A stretch of DNA of 62,785 bases from an uncultured Bacilli bacterium (GCA_910587535.1 CAJUKM010000002.1:1-62785); one strand, 5' to 3'. Positions 17,826-28,085 are shown, numbered from the stretch's first letter. Made by a program: numbers and translations. The notes: a model not told the origin generated them from the letters alone.

Positions 17826-18614
17826 ATGAGAGAAGAAGATGTAAAACAAGAAAAAATTTTGGGAGATAACGAGCGAATTTGTATACTCGATACGACGATA
17901 GATGTGTTAACTGCTAGTGAAACAGTATCTCTAGTAGAGAAGTATGTAAAGACGAAAACTCCGCTTCATCTGATGGGAGTAAATGCCGACAAAATAAACG
18001 AAGTTGGACAGAATGAACTCATGAAGAAAATAGTAAATAGTTGTGGAGTTATCAATGCTGATGGAGCTTCGGTGGTTCTCGCTAGCAAATATTTAAAGAA
18101 ACCACTTCCAGAGCGAGTTGCAGGAATAGATTTGATGCAAGACTTAGTCGTTTTAAGTGAACAAAAGAATTATTCCATATATCTTTTAGGTGCAAAGCAG
18201 GAAGTCGTAGAAAAGACTAGAGATGTTCTTTTAGAAAGGCATCCTAAACTAAATGTAAAAGGAATACATAATGGTTATTTTAAAGAAGAAAATTGGAGTG
18301 AGATCGCTTTAGAGTTAAAAGAAGTAAACCCAGATTTTGTGTTCGTAGGTATCACTTCACCTATCAAAGAGTATCTGATAGAATTTTTGCAAAACGAAGG
18401 TTTAAACTGCGTATTTATGGGAGTTGGAGGGAGTTTTGATGTCATATCGGGAAACATACCTAGAGCACCAAAATGGATGCAAAAGATGAATTTAGAGTGG
18501 TTATTTAGAGTAATGCAAGAACCTAAAAGACTTTTTAAGAGATATTTTTTAGGTAATAGTAAATTCATAACTAGCGTTTTTAAAGAAAAACATAGAAGGG
18601 GACCTAAAGCGTGA
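17826..18614 (+). CDS. WecB/TagA/CpsF-family glycosyltransferase (ManNAc-transferase-like)
   Basis: About 260 aa with the ...VNADKINE...INADGASVVLASKYL...ERVAGIDL... pattern typical of TagA-like enzymes. Confidence 0.8.
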   Translation: MREEDVKQEKILGDNERICILDTTIDVLTASETVSLVEKYVKTKTPLHLMGVNADKINEVGQNELMKKIVNSCGVINADGASVVLASKYLKKPLPERVAGIDLMQDLVVLSEQKNYSIYLLGAKQEVVEKTRDVLLERHPKLNVKGIHNGYFKEENWSEIALELKEVNPDFVFVGITSPIKEYLIEFLQNEGLNCVFMGVGGSFDVISGNIPRAPKWMQKMNLEWLFRVMQEPKRLFKRYFLGNSKFITSVFKEKHRRGPKA

Positions 18615-19675
18615 GAGTTTTACACATTTCCCGTACAATGGGACAGGGTGGTGCCGAAAAAGTCGTGTACCAGATATGCAAAGAAGCTCATGAAGAGGCG
18701 ATGTTTGTTGCGTCTACTGGTGGAGCACACGTCGAAGAGTTAGAGAAAAATGGCATTAAGCATTTCGTCATACCAGATATCGACAGCAAAAGTCCAATAG
18801 TAATTTTAAGAACATTTTTAATACTTAAGAAAGTTATCAAAAGTGAAAATATAGACGTAGTACATTCTCATCATAGAATGGCAGCATTTTATAGTAGAGT
18901 TTTAAATATTTTTAATAGAAGTTTTAAAAGAGTTTATACAGCTCATAACGTATTTAATAATAAAAGAGGATTACTCAGATATGCTCTTAAAGGTTCTAAG
19001 GTCGTCGCCGTAGGTAATGGAGTAAAAAGCAATCTAACTGGATTTTATGGGATTGATGAAAATAGAGTTGATGTCATTTATAACTCTGTCGAAAGGCCAG
19101 AAAGAATAGATACGCCAAACGATCAGTTTATTCGCGATAAAAAAGATAAAATATTCGTTGCAACAGTTGGAAGAATAAGTGAACAAAAGGGAATGGATGT
19201 GTTCGTCTCAGCTCTTTCGTCAATAATTAAGAGAGACAGAAATGTCTATGGGGTAATCATCGGCGATGGCGAAGATAGAGAGAAGTTAGAACAACAAGTA
19301 GCAAACCTCGAAATACAGGACAACATAATATTTTTAGGTTTTAGAAAAGATATATTTGCACTGATAAAAGCGATGGACTTTGTAGTACTGTCTTCTAGAT
19401 GGGAAGGATTTCCTCTTACGCCGATCGAAACTTTTTCAGTAGGCAAAACTATTATTGTTTCCGATATAGAAGGAAATAATGAAATCGTCGATGGGACAAA
19501 CGGATTATTGTTTGAGAAAGATAACGTCGAAGAACTTAAAGTCAGAATTGAAGAATTATGTTACGATGTGGAAAAGAGAGAAAATTTAGAAAAAGAGGCT
19601 TTGAAGAGCTTTTCTCAAAAATACAGTTATGAAGTATTTATAGAGAATTATCAAAAACTATATAAAAATTTATAG
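18611..19675 (+). CDS. glycosyltransferase family 4 (GT-B)
   Basis: MRVLHISRTMGQGGAEKVV N-terminus. C-terminal ...SSRWEGFPLTPIETFSVGKTIIVSDIEGNNEIV (EX7E-like). GTGA overlap with the upstream gene. Confidence 0.85.
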   Translation: MRVLHISRTMGQGGAEKVVYQICKEAHEEAMFVASTGGAHVEELEKNGIKHFVIPDIDSKSPIVILRTFLILKKVIKSENIDVVHSHHRMAAFYSRVLNIFNRSFKRVYTAHNVFNNKRGLLRYALKGSKVVAVGNGVKSNLTGFYGIDENRVDVIYNSVERPERIDTPNDQFIRDKKDKIFVATVGRISEQKGMDVFVSALSSIIKRDRNVYGVIIGDGEDREKLEQQVANLEIQDNIIFLGFRKDIFALIKAMDFVVLSSRWEGFPLTPIETFSVGKTIIVSDIEGNNEIVDGTNGLLFEKDNVEELKVRIEELCYDVEKRENLEKEALKSFSQKYSYEVFIENYQKLYKNL

Positions 19676-19689
19676 CGAGGGTGATATAC

Positions 19690-20400
19690 ATGATACCTAA
19701 AAAAATACATTATTGTTGGTTCGGTGGAAAACCTCTTCCTCCATTAGCTAAAAAATGTATCGATTCTTGGAAAAAAAAGTGCCCAGATTACGAAATCGTC
19801 GAATGGAATGAGACAAATTTTGATATCGAGTGCAGTAAATTCGTCAAAGATGCTTATGCAAATGGGGCATGGGCATTCGTCTCGGATTATGCTCGGTTGA
19901 AAATTATATATGAAAACGGTGGAATCTATCTAGATACCGATGTCGAAGTTTTAAAAAATTTGGATCCTCTTTTAGAAGAGAAGTGCTACTTTGCCGTTCA
20001 GCAAGACGGGAGTTTAGTTGCTACTGGTCTAGGATTCGGTGGAGAAAAGGGTTCTATAATATTAAAAGAGATGTTGGATTTATACGACAATACTGTATTC
20101 AATAACGATAAAAGAGAAGATATCGCTTGTCCCATTTTGAATACTTTAGTGCTCAAGAAGCACGGGTATGAATATAGTGAAGAAAAAATTTATTTAGAAG
20201 ATATCGACACGACGATTTTTCCACCGAAATATTTCGATCCGATAGCACCCGGTGATAGTAAAGATTTGAGCTGTGCAGAGACTTTTTCTATCCACCATTA
20301 CAGTGCTACTTGGACCCCAAAGAAGACGAGGCTTAAAAGAACTATAGTGAATATACTTGGGCAAAAAAACGTCAATAAGATTAAAAAAATATTTAAATGA
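19690..20400 (+). CDS. glycosyltransferase (GT32 / Gly_transf_sug, DXD type)
   Basis: IPKKIHYCWFGGKPLP...SDYARLKIIYENGGIYLDTDVE. RBS gagggtga lies before ATG 19690. Confidence 0.75.
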   Translation: MIPKKIHYCWFGGKPLPPLAKKCIDSWKKKCPDYEIVEWNETNFDIECSKFVKDAYANGAWAFVSDYARLKIIYENGGIYLDTDVEVLKNLDPLLEEKCYFAVQQDGSLVATGLGFGGEKGSIILKEMLDLYDNTVFNNDKREDIACPILNTLVLKKHGYEYSEEKIYLEDIDTTIFPPKYFDPIAPGDSKDLSCAETFSIHHYSATWTPKKTRLKRTIVNILGQKNVNKIKKIFK

Positions 20401-20408
20401 GGTATGGT

Positions 20409-21650
20409 ATGAAAAAATTTTTTGTTCAATTAGTTATCATATTCGTTTTATTTAATAACGTATTCTTTAATATACTTCCATTACCTTCGTTTTTCAGCTA
20501 TTGGGATGAACTGTTGGAATTATCAATAATTGCAGTGAGTATCATCGTTCTTCTGAAAAATAAAACGCCGATTAAAAAAAATTATTTCTTTATGTATCTA
20601 GTAATCGCCGTGATGATATCGATAGGGTTACTGGGTAATTTCATATTCGAGTATGTATCAGGATATTCACATATCATCAAGGATGTTGTGGGATTTTGTA
20701 AATTTCCTTTAGCGTTCATATTCTTAAAGAATTTAGATTACGATGAGAAGATATCTGAATACATAACAGATGGGTTTATGAAAGTCATAAGACTAATAGT
20801 CATCGCGATTTTCTTTTTTGGAATAATTAGCATATTTAAAGATATCGGAATGTCCCAAAATGAGATCAGAAACGGAATTAGACCATATATGTTCATGTTC
20901 TCACATCCAACTTACTTGGTACTATCGTCTCTTTTCATGTTGGTCTTAATAGATTCTTATAGTTTCAAAAAGGACAAAAATCAAATCGTATATGAACTGA
21001 TGCTGATTTTAATCATACTTTTGACAATGAGAACAAAGGGAGTTGTAATCGCCGCTTTATATCTTTTCATCCGTTACTTTGGTAAAGCCTTTAAAAAGTA
21101 TAAAGTACTGTATTATATAGGTGGCGCTGGTATCGCTTTGACAGCGGCTTTAGATAAGATATTGTTGTATGTTTCTTATAGTTCTTCTCCTAGAGAAGCA
21201 CTGTATAAGGGTTCATTGACTCTTTTAAAAACATGTTTCCCTTTTGGAAGTGGATTTGCATCTTTTGCATCTCATATATCTGCAGTATCTAATTCTTTAG
21301 TTTATGATTTCATCCATATACCATATTATTGGGTCGAAAGTGGAAACGAACTATCGGTATTAGGAGATGCTGGATTGGCGTATTATATAGGTCAATTCGG
21401 AATAGTGGGATCTGTACTTTTCGTAATGCTCATAATTAATATCTATAAAATTTCCATCCAAAAAGTCGACAACAAGCTACCGATTAACATATTTTGGCTA
21501 TACGTTTTAGTAGCATTGACGACAGAGTCGATTCTCATAAATTCTGGTATAGAATTAGTTTTGATGTTACTTTTGATATGCGGATTAAATAAGAAAAGTG
21601 GTGAGATATGTGAAGAAAGTTCTGATCATCAGCGAGAAGTACTCGCCTAA
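20409..21650 (+). CDS. O-antigen polymerase/ligase-like polytopic membrane protein (Wzy candidate)
   Basis: About 10 TM segments with a larger loop near ...MRTKGVVIAALYLF.... The position between GT genes and the flippase fits a Wzy. Confidence 0.6.
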   Translation: MKKFFVQLVIIFVLFNNVFFNILPLPSFFSYWDELLELSIIAVSIIVLLKNKTPIKKNYFFMYLVIAVMISIGLLGNFIFEYVSGYSHIIKDVVGFCKFPLAFIFLKNLDYDEKISEYITDGFMKVIRLIVIAIFFFGIISIFKDIGMSQNEIRNGIRPYMFMFSHPTYLVLSSLFMLVLIDSYSFKKDKNQIVYELMLILIILLTMRTKGVVIAALYLFIRYFGKAFKKYKVLYYIGGAGIALTAALDKILLYVSYSSSPREALYKGSLTLLKTCFPFGSGFASFASHISAVSNSLVYDFIHIPYYWVESGNELSVLGDAGLAYYIGQFGIVGSVLFVMLIINIYKISIQKVDNKLPINIFWLYVLVALTTESILINSGIELVLMLLLICGLNKKSGEICEESSDHQREVLA

Positions 21651-22740
21651 TTTAGGAGATGCAGTCATATTCGATCAAGTATATAGCATCTTAAAGGACA
21701 AATTCGAGATCGAATCGTTAGATCTTTCGGGCAGGAAGCAGATCGATAGTAGTGAAAAGTTTCACAATGCGTCGAACTATAAAAAGAGTTTTAAAAGTAT
21801 TATTAAAAAAGTGTTTAAAATGTTTGGAATTTTCGTCTATGGTAATACATTAAAAGAGACGATAGAAAATTTTAAAAAAGCGTTTAAAACTCTAGTTATA
21901 GAGTTCGAGCCCGATTGCATACTTTTTGCAGGGGGACAACTTTTCATGGATAGCTTTTTAGAACAGATTTTATATGTCGTCCTTTATGCAGAAAAAAAGG
22001 GCATAAAGGTTATCTTTAATGCCTGTGGATGTTCTAATATCGATAGTCTATATGAAAAGAAAAGTTTAAAAAGAATTGTACACAGTGAAGCTACTAAATA
22101 TATTTCCATGAGAGATCACTACGAGGTGATTAAAAATTACGAAGGAAATATAAAAAAAGTATACGATACATTCGATACAGCTCTTTTGTCTCATAAAATA
22201 TACGACGTCCCTCTTTTAAAAAAGAAGGAATTCGGAGTGGGCATCATGCTAGATAGAAACATATCTCGCGAAGTACAGCGGACATTTTGGAGAAATGTGA
22301 TATCCTTTTTGGAAAGTCAAAAGAAAGATTATGAGATATTTTGTAACGGTAGTATCGAAGATTACGATTTTTCTTTAGAGATTCTCAAAAGTTTAGAAAT
22401 TGATAACGAGAGAATTGCTAAGCAGCCGACTTCTTCTAAAGAATTGGTCGAGTGTATTAATAGATACGAGAAGACGATATCGATGAGATTACATTCTTTG
22501 ATAATCGCCTATTCGTACGATATACCAACGATAGCGATTTCTTGGAATCCCAAGGTAGATGAGTTCTATAGAAAAATAGGTAAAAGTGAATGCTGCCTAA
22601 AATTGACAGATCATTTTGAAGATGTAAAAAATGCTATTACGAGATTGGACGCAAGTTTCTTAAATCGCAATATCAAAGATGAAATTGAAGCATCGATCGA
22701 AAAAAACATTTCATCGATCTTAAAAATAATCGAAGATTAG
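21610..22740 (+). CDS. polysaccharide pyruvyl transferase family protein (CsaB/WcaK-like)
   Basis: N-terminal ...NLGDAVI... and C-terminal ...ISMRLHSLIIAYSYDIPTIAISWNPKVDEF..., typical of PS_pyruv_trans. GTG 21610 after ggtga (the track starts at 21598). Confidence 0.7.
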   Translation: MKKVLIISEKYSPNLGDAVIFDQVYSILKDKFEIESLDLSGRKQIDSSEKFHNASNYKKSFKSIIKKVFKMFGIFVYGNTLKETIENFKKAFKTLVIEFEPDCILFAGGQLFMDSFLEQILYVVLYAEKKGIKVIFNACGCSNIDSLYEKKSLKRIVHSEATKYISMRDHYEVIKNYEGNIKKVYDTFDTALLSHKIYDVPLLKKKEFGVGIMLDRNISREVQRTFWRNVISFLESQKKDYEIFCNGSIEDYDFSLEILKSLEIDNERIAKQPTSSKELVECINRYEKTISMRLHSLIIAYSYDIPTIAISWNPKVDEFYRKIGKSECCLKLTDHFEDVKNAITRLDASFLNRNIKDEIEASIEKNISSILKIIED

Positions 22741-22757
22741 AGAGGATATACTACTAA

Positions 22758-24146
22758 ATGAGCAAGAAAAAAGATTTAGTGAAAAACACATTTATTATAT
22801 TATTAGGTAAAGTGTGCACACAATTTTTATCTTTTTTTCTCATGCCATTATATACGAATGTCTTAAGTTCTTCAGAGTATGGAACAGTCGATCTCATCAT
22901 AACCTATGTAGCTTTATTTGTACCAGTTATAACTTTACAGATAGAGATGGGACTGTTTAGAAATCTGATCGACTTTAGAGAAGATGAGAAAGCAAGGGTG
23001 AGGGTAGTCACTTCGGGACTGAGAAGATTATGCTTGCAGCTCATCGCTTTCGTAGTTATATTTACTGTTTTAAATTTATTCGTAAAAATACCTCATGGAA
23101 TTTATATACTTTTGTGTATAATATTTACGATGACCTCAAACGTCTTGTTGCAAATTGCCAGAGGTAATGGAGATAACGTCGGCTATTCTTGTGCAAGTGT
23201 AATAGCTGGAGTTTCAACTGTTCTTTTAAACATATTATTTTTAATCTTCTTGAAATTTAAAATAGAAGGGATGCTTTTATCTTCAGCACTAGCTAATCTG
23301 ATTGCGACGATATATCTATTTTTCAGATGTAAATTATATAAATTGATAGATATAAAAGCAAGAGACAAAAAAACAGAGAGAGAACTTTTAAAGTATTCTT
23401 TACCTCTTGTGCCAAACGGGTTAATTTGGTGGATAATAAACGTATCCGATCGAACGATCATAACTATCTTTTTAGGAATGGCGGTAAACGGCATATATGC
23501 TGTATCGAATAAGTTTTCTAACATATTGATCCAAGTCTTCAACGTTTTCAATCTATCTTGGACTGAGTCGGCATCTATCCATATTAAAGATGACGATAGA
23601 GATGCATTCTTCAGCGATATATTCGATGTCATAATAAAACTTTTTTCATCGGTTTGTATACTGTTGATATTGTCTATGCCTCTTATTTTTGACATTTTAG
23701 TGGGTACCGAATTTAGAGAAGCGTATCAATACATACCTCTTTTATTAATCGGCATGTTGTTCAACATAGTTGTGTCGTTTATAGGTAGTATCTATGTATC
23801 TTTAAAATTGACCAAACAGGTCGCAGAGACATCTTTTTACTCGGGTTTACTAAATATTTTGATAAATGTACTATTTGTCAAGCTTATCGGAATATATGCC
23901 GCAATCATAAGCACGATAATCGCATTCTTGTCGATGAGTATATATAGATATATAGATGTCAAGAAATATATAAATTTAAAGATTAATGTTAGAAATGTCG
24001 CAACGATAATAGTTTTATTTATAATAAGTGCAGGAATTTATTATATAGGATATAATGTACTTACTATTTGTCTCAGTCTGATATTAATATTTACTATCGC
24101 ATATCTCAATAGAAATGTATTTGCTTTTCTTTCAAAAAAGCGATAA
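22758..24146 (+). CDS. oligosaccharide flippase (Wzx, MOP superfamily)
   Basis: 462 aa, about 12-14 TM segments. N-terminal ...KNTFIILLGKVCTQFLSFFLMPLYTNVLSSSEYG... is typical of the polysaccharide biosynthesis protein family. Confidence 0.8.
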   Translation: MSKKKDLVKNTFIILLGKVCTQFLSFFLMPLYTNVLSSSEYGTVDLIITYVALFVPVITLQIEMGLFRNLIDFREDEKARVRVVTSGLRRLCLQLIAFVVIFTVLNLFVKIPHGIYILLCIIFTMTSNVLLQIARGNGDNVGYSCASVIAGVSTVLLNILFLIFLKFKIEGMLLSSALANLIATIYLFFRCKLYKLIDIKARDKKTERELLKYSLPLVPNGLIWWIINVSDRTIITIFLGMAVNGIYAVSNKFSNILIQVFNVFNLSWTESASIHIKDDDRDAFFSDIFDVIIKLFSSVCILLILSMPLIFDILVGTEFREAYQYIPLLLIGMLFNIVVSFIGSIYVSLKLTKQVAETSFYSGLLNILINVLFVKLIGIYAAIISTIIAFLSMSIYRYIDVKKYINLKINVRNVATIIVLFIISAGIYYIGYNVLTICLSLILIFTIAYLNRNVFAFLSKKR

Positions 24147-24178
24147 AAAAATGAATTAAGAAAAAAGGTGATTATAAA

Positions 24179-25720
24179 ATGTCTAACGCTAAGGCTAAAT
24201 TAATAAAAAATAAAGTTAAGCAGGAAAGTAGAAATGAGACAGAAGAAAAATGGGTGTCTTCAACTCCAGGTATCGAAAAAAGGGATAGAGGAAAAAAGTT
24301 TAATATTTTTAACATTATTGGTATGTTATCCGTCGTAGTAAGTCTTGTAATATTGGCTAAATTTGAATATAAAATATTTAAATTAAACGTATTGCCATTT
24401 AAATATTTTGCACTGATATCGCTAGCGATATCCATAGTCTGGCTAGTGTTATCTTTTATAAGTATAAAACAGAGAAGTAGAATCATAAAGACTTTAGGAG
24501 TTATATGTTTGATCGTGATTTCTGGTGTGTCGATAATTGCAACTCCTTATCTACAAAATACTGAAAAGTTTTTACAGGGAACACAAGTTAAAAAAGACTT
24601 TCTTTCTTATTCAGTACTCACTTTAAAAGATTCTAATTTTGATCGAATTGATGATCTCAAAGAAAAGTCGATTTCATATTTAAAGGACGACTACAACGAT
24701 GTATTAAAGGCTAATCTAAAAATCGAGTTTAAAGAGAGAGTAGAAGAAGATTTCAGTTTAATGACAGAGTCATTTTTAGAAGGAAAAGTAGATGCTATAG
24801 TTTTAGAAAGTGGACATCTCGCTCTTGCAAAAGATGAAATAGAAGACTTTGAAGATAAAATAAAGATCATTTATGAATTCAACGTCGAAATATCTAATAA
24901 GATAAAACCATCCGATAAAGATGTAAAAGTTTCAGAGGAATCGTTTATTTTGTACATAAGTGGTATAGACCAATACGGAAAAGTAAAATCGGTTCGAGGA
25001 AGAAGCGACGTAAATCAGTTAGTAGTCGTAAATCCTAATAGTAAAAAAGTTTTGATCGTAAATACACCTAGAGATTATTACGTTCAGCTCCATGGAACGA
25101 CAGGGCTAAAAGATAAGCTCACACATGCAGGTGTGTATGGAATCGAAAAGAGCGTTACGACATTAGAAGATCTATATGATACAAAAATTAACTATTATCT
25201 GAGAGTTAACTTCAACACTTTGATAAAAGTGGTAGATGTAATAGGGGGAATCGATGTCATTTCCGACAAAGCGTTTACTCCACATACCGATAGAAGTGTT
25301 CGCGTAGTAAAGGGATTGAACCATTTCAATGGAAAAGCAGCACTTGCCTATGCAAGAGAACGATATGCTTATGCATCTGGTGACAGACACAGAGGTGAAA
25401 ATCAGCAGCAAGTAATAACTGCCATTATAGATAAACTTACTAGTTCTGAAGTGCTCATGAACAAGTATAACGACATATTAGAAACTTTAGATGGAACATT
25501 CCAAACGAGTATGCCTGTAGATAAGATAACTTCCCTCATAAGGTTTCAACTCGATAAAATGCCAAAATGGGAAATAAACAGTATAGCAGTAGATGGTTAT
25601 AACAGCAGCAACTATACATATAGCATGGGTTCTAATCGTAAATTATATGTCATGGAGCCTAATCTCGATAGCGTAAATAAAGCTAAAGAGAAAATCAAAG
25701 GAGTTTTGGATGAGAATTAA
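24179..25720 (+). CDS. LytR-CpsA-Psr (LCP) family polymer-to-peptidoglycan ligase
   Basis: TM anchor plus an accessory domain plus the LCP core ...RGRSDVNQLVVVNPNSKKVLIVNTPRDYYV...GGIDV...NGKAALAYARERY...GDRHRGENQQQVITAIIDKL. Confidence 0.85.
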   Translation: MSNAKAKLIKNKVKQESRNETEEKWVSSTPGIEKRDRGKKFNIFNIIGMLSVVVSLVILAKFEYKIFKLNVLPFKYFALISLAISIVWLVLSFISIKQRSRIIKTLGVICLIVISGVSIIATPYLQNTEKFLQGTQVKKDFLSYSVLTLKDSNFDRIDDLKEKSISYLKDDYNDVLKANLKIEFKERVEEDFSLMTESFLEGKVDAIVLESGHLALAKDEIEDFEDKIKIIYEFNVEISNKIKPSDKDVKVSEESFILYISGIDQYGKVKSVRGRSDVNQLVVVNPNSKKVLIVNTPRDYYVQLHGTTGLKDKLTHAGVYGIEKSVTTLEDLYDTKINYYLRVNFNTLIKVVDVIGGIDVISDKAFTPHTDRSVRVVKGLNHFNGKAALAYARERYAYASGDRHRGENQQQVITAIIDKLTSSEVLMNKYNDILETLDGTFQTSMPVDKITSLIRFQLDKMPKWEINSIAVDGYNSSNYTYSMGSNRKLYVMEPNLDSVNKAKEKIKGVLDEN

Positions 25721-26651
25721 AAGAGCAATTCTTTGTATTTTGCTCTTTACGATATCTTTAACTATATTTTTATTCTCAGGTCAAAATGGCTCTAAGAGTG
25801 TTGCGATAAGCGATAAATTTACTGTTAAAGTAATAGATAAATATGAACGTATTACTGACACAAAGATCAATGCCTCAAGAAAGAATGAGATAGTAAACAG
25901 TTCTAGATTTAAAGTTAGAAAGACAGCTCACTTTGCGATTTATTTCGTACTAGGACTCGTAGCATATCTATTGCTGTCGACATATAATCTTAAATATCCG
26001 CTGTTATGGGCAATCTGTTTTTCTTTCCTATTTGCCTGCAGCGACGAAGTACACCAGTTGTTTTCACACGGCAGAACCGCGAGAGTGTTCGATGTATTTA
26101 TCGATACGACAGGAGCGATGTGTGGAATATTATTTACAAAAATGGTAAGTAAAATATTTAAAAAAACTAGAAGGAGTAAAGTTATGAAAAGAAGAGGATT
26201 TGAAAAGATAAGTTTTGAACAATTTAAAAAGGATATATCAGAGAATGAAAATCTATATAGGGAGTATGAACTTCCGAAGAGAGATTCCATGAGAACAGCT
26301 TGTTATGATATATATATTTTAGAAGATTTTACTATTAATCCTAATGAGATCAAGAAGATTCCAACAGGATTAAAATCCTATTTTGAAGACGACGAAGTTT
26401 TAATGTTAATAGTCAGAAGCAGTATGGGATTTAAGTACAATATCAGATTGTGCAATCAAGTAGGAATAATCGATGCCGATTATTATGACAATGCTGACAA
26501 CGAAGGTCACATGTGGCTTCGAATACAAAATGAAGGAGACAAAGCTGTAACGTTTAAAAAAGGAGATGCCATAGCGCAAGGTTTATTCTTAAAATATTTG
26601 ACGACTGATGATGATAGCACTGTCGGTCAAGATAGAAGAAGCGACTATTAA
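25710..26651 (+). CDS. in-frame fusion of a VanZ-like membrane domain (25710-26183) and a dUTPase-like domain (26184-26651)
   Basis: VanZ pattern ...RKTAHFAIYFVLG...SDEVHQLFSHGRTARVFDVFIDTTGA. The dUTPase domain starts MKRRGFEKISFEQF and has motifs ACYDIY, VRSSMG, GIIDADYY, AIAQG. The internal RBS AAGGAG (26171-26176) precedes ATG 26184. Confidence 0.7.
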   Translation: MRIKRAILCILLFTISLTIFLFSGQNGSKSVAISDKFTVKVIDKYERITDTKINASRKNEIVNSSRFKVRKTAHFAIYFVLGLVAYLLLSTYNLKYPLLWAICFSFLFACSDEVHQLFSHGRTARVFDVFIDTTGAMCGILFTKMVSKIFKKTRRSKVMKRRGFEKISFEQFKKDISENENLYREYELPKRDSMRTACYDIYILEDFTINPNEIKKIPTGLKSYFEDDEVLMLIVRSSMGFKYNIRLCNQVGIIDADYYDNADNEGHMWLRIQNEGDKAVTFKKGDAIAQGLFLKYLTTDDDSTVGQDRRSDY

Positions 26652-26734
26652 AGTCTCTTTTTTTATTATTAGATCCTTGATTTTTATATGTACTTATGGT
26701 AAAGTATTTACAGTATAATAAAGGGGAGTAGAGT

Positions 26735-28084
26735 ATGGAAGAATTTAACATTTTAGAGTTCCTAAACTACTACTGGAATAAAATTATTTTTGTAGTAATA
26801 TTGACTTTTTTAGGATTGATTGCAAGTCTAATATTTACCTATAGAATTCAAGTTCCGGTCTTTCAATCGAAAACTAGTTTGGTATTAGTAAACAATTCTG
26901 AAGATAATTCATCGATTACACAGAACGACATAAATATAAATAAGAATCTAGTATCGACATATCGAGAAATAATTCAGAGTAAGTTGATCTTGAACAAAGT
27001 AATAAGTAATATGCGTTTAGATATAAGCTATGAAGATTTGAAAAGTCATGTCAAAGTAAACAGTGTTCAAGATACAGAGATTATCAACATCTACGTCTAT
27101 AACGAGGATAAGAGACTTTCTAAAAATATAGCTAAACAGATCGCAAGCGTCTTCGAAACAGAAATAGTCGAAATCTATAACATCGAAAACGTAAGTATCA
27201 TAGATGAAGCTACAGTCGATGAGGAGCCTTACAACGTTCACGTATTAAAACAGATCGTCATAGGTACAGGAATCGGATTCTTACTGAGCAGTTTGATAAT
27301 CGCGATATGTTTCTATTTCGACGATACAGTTAAGAGTGAAGAAGAAATCGAAAAGGGTCTCAAAGTTCCTATTCTCGGTTCAGTACCTAAATATCACGAT
27401 AAGATCGGTTCTACTTCGGGAAAAGATTTGATCATCTGTTCAGATTCTAAATCTGGAATCAGCGAAGCGATCAGAACTCTTAGAACTAATTTGCAGTTTT
27501 CTTCAATCGATAAAAAACTTAAAACGATATTGGTAACTAGCAGTGTGCCAGGTGAGGGAAAAAGTTTTGTAGCATCGAATTTAGCTGTTGCTCTTGCAAA
27601 CAGTGGAAGCAGAGTATTGTTGGTAGACTGCGACATAAGAAGAGGAAGACAACATCACATATTTGGATTCCCTAACAAAAAAGGACTATCTAATCTCTTA
27701 TTAGAGGATGTAGGGCAAGTATATCGTTCTTATATAAACGAATCGAAAATTCCAAATCTATATTTGATGTTTAAGGGTGTAACGCCACCTAATCCTAGTG
27801 AGCTTTTGAACTCAGAAAAGAACAAAAGATTGATCGCATCTCTATCTAACAATTTTGATATTCTAGTTTTCGATGGAGCACCTATAAATGGACTTGCTGA
27901 TTCTCTAGTCATGAGTACTCTAGTCGATGGAGTAATCGTCGTAACGGCTTATAAAGAGACTTCTAAGACACTTCTCGAGGATACTAAGAAGAACCTCGAT
28001 AACGTCAATGCAAATATTATGGGTATCGTTCTAAATAGGACCAATACTAACAAGAGCAAATACTATGGACATTATTATGAATAA
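26735..28084 (+). CDS. fused Wzz-type chain-length modulator + BY-kinase (CpsC/CpsD-like tyrosine autokinase)
   Basis: N-terminal Wzz domain with 2 TM segments. Walker A SSVPGEGKSFVASNLA, A' VLLVDCDIRRG, Walker B ILVFDGAP. C-terminal Tyr cluster KYYGHYYE. Confidence 0.85.
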   Translation: MEEFNILEFLNYYWNKIIFVVILTFLGLIASLIFTYRIQVPVFQSKTSLVLVNNSEDNSSITQNDININKNLVSTYREIIQSKLILNKVISNMRLDISYEDLKSHVKVNSVQDTEIINIYVYNEDKRLSKNIAKQIASVFETEIVEIYNIENVSIIDEATVDEEPYNVHVLKQIVIGTGIGFLLSSLIIAICFYFDDTVKSEEEIEKGLKVPILGSVPKYHDKIGSTSGKDLIICSDSKSGISEAIRTLRTNLQFSSIDKKLKTILVTSSVPGEGKSFVASNLAVALANSGSRVLLVDCDIRRGRQHHIFGFPNKKGLSNLLLEDVGQVYRSYINESKIPNLYLMFKGVTPPNPSELLNSEKNKRLIASLSNNFDILVFDGAPINGLADSLVMSTLVDGVIVVTAYKETSKTLLEDTKKNLDNVNANIMGIVLNRTNTNKSKYYGHYYE

Positions 28085-28085
28085 A

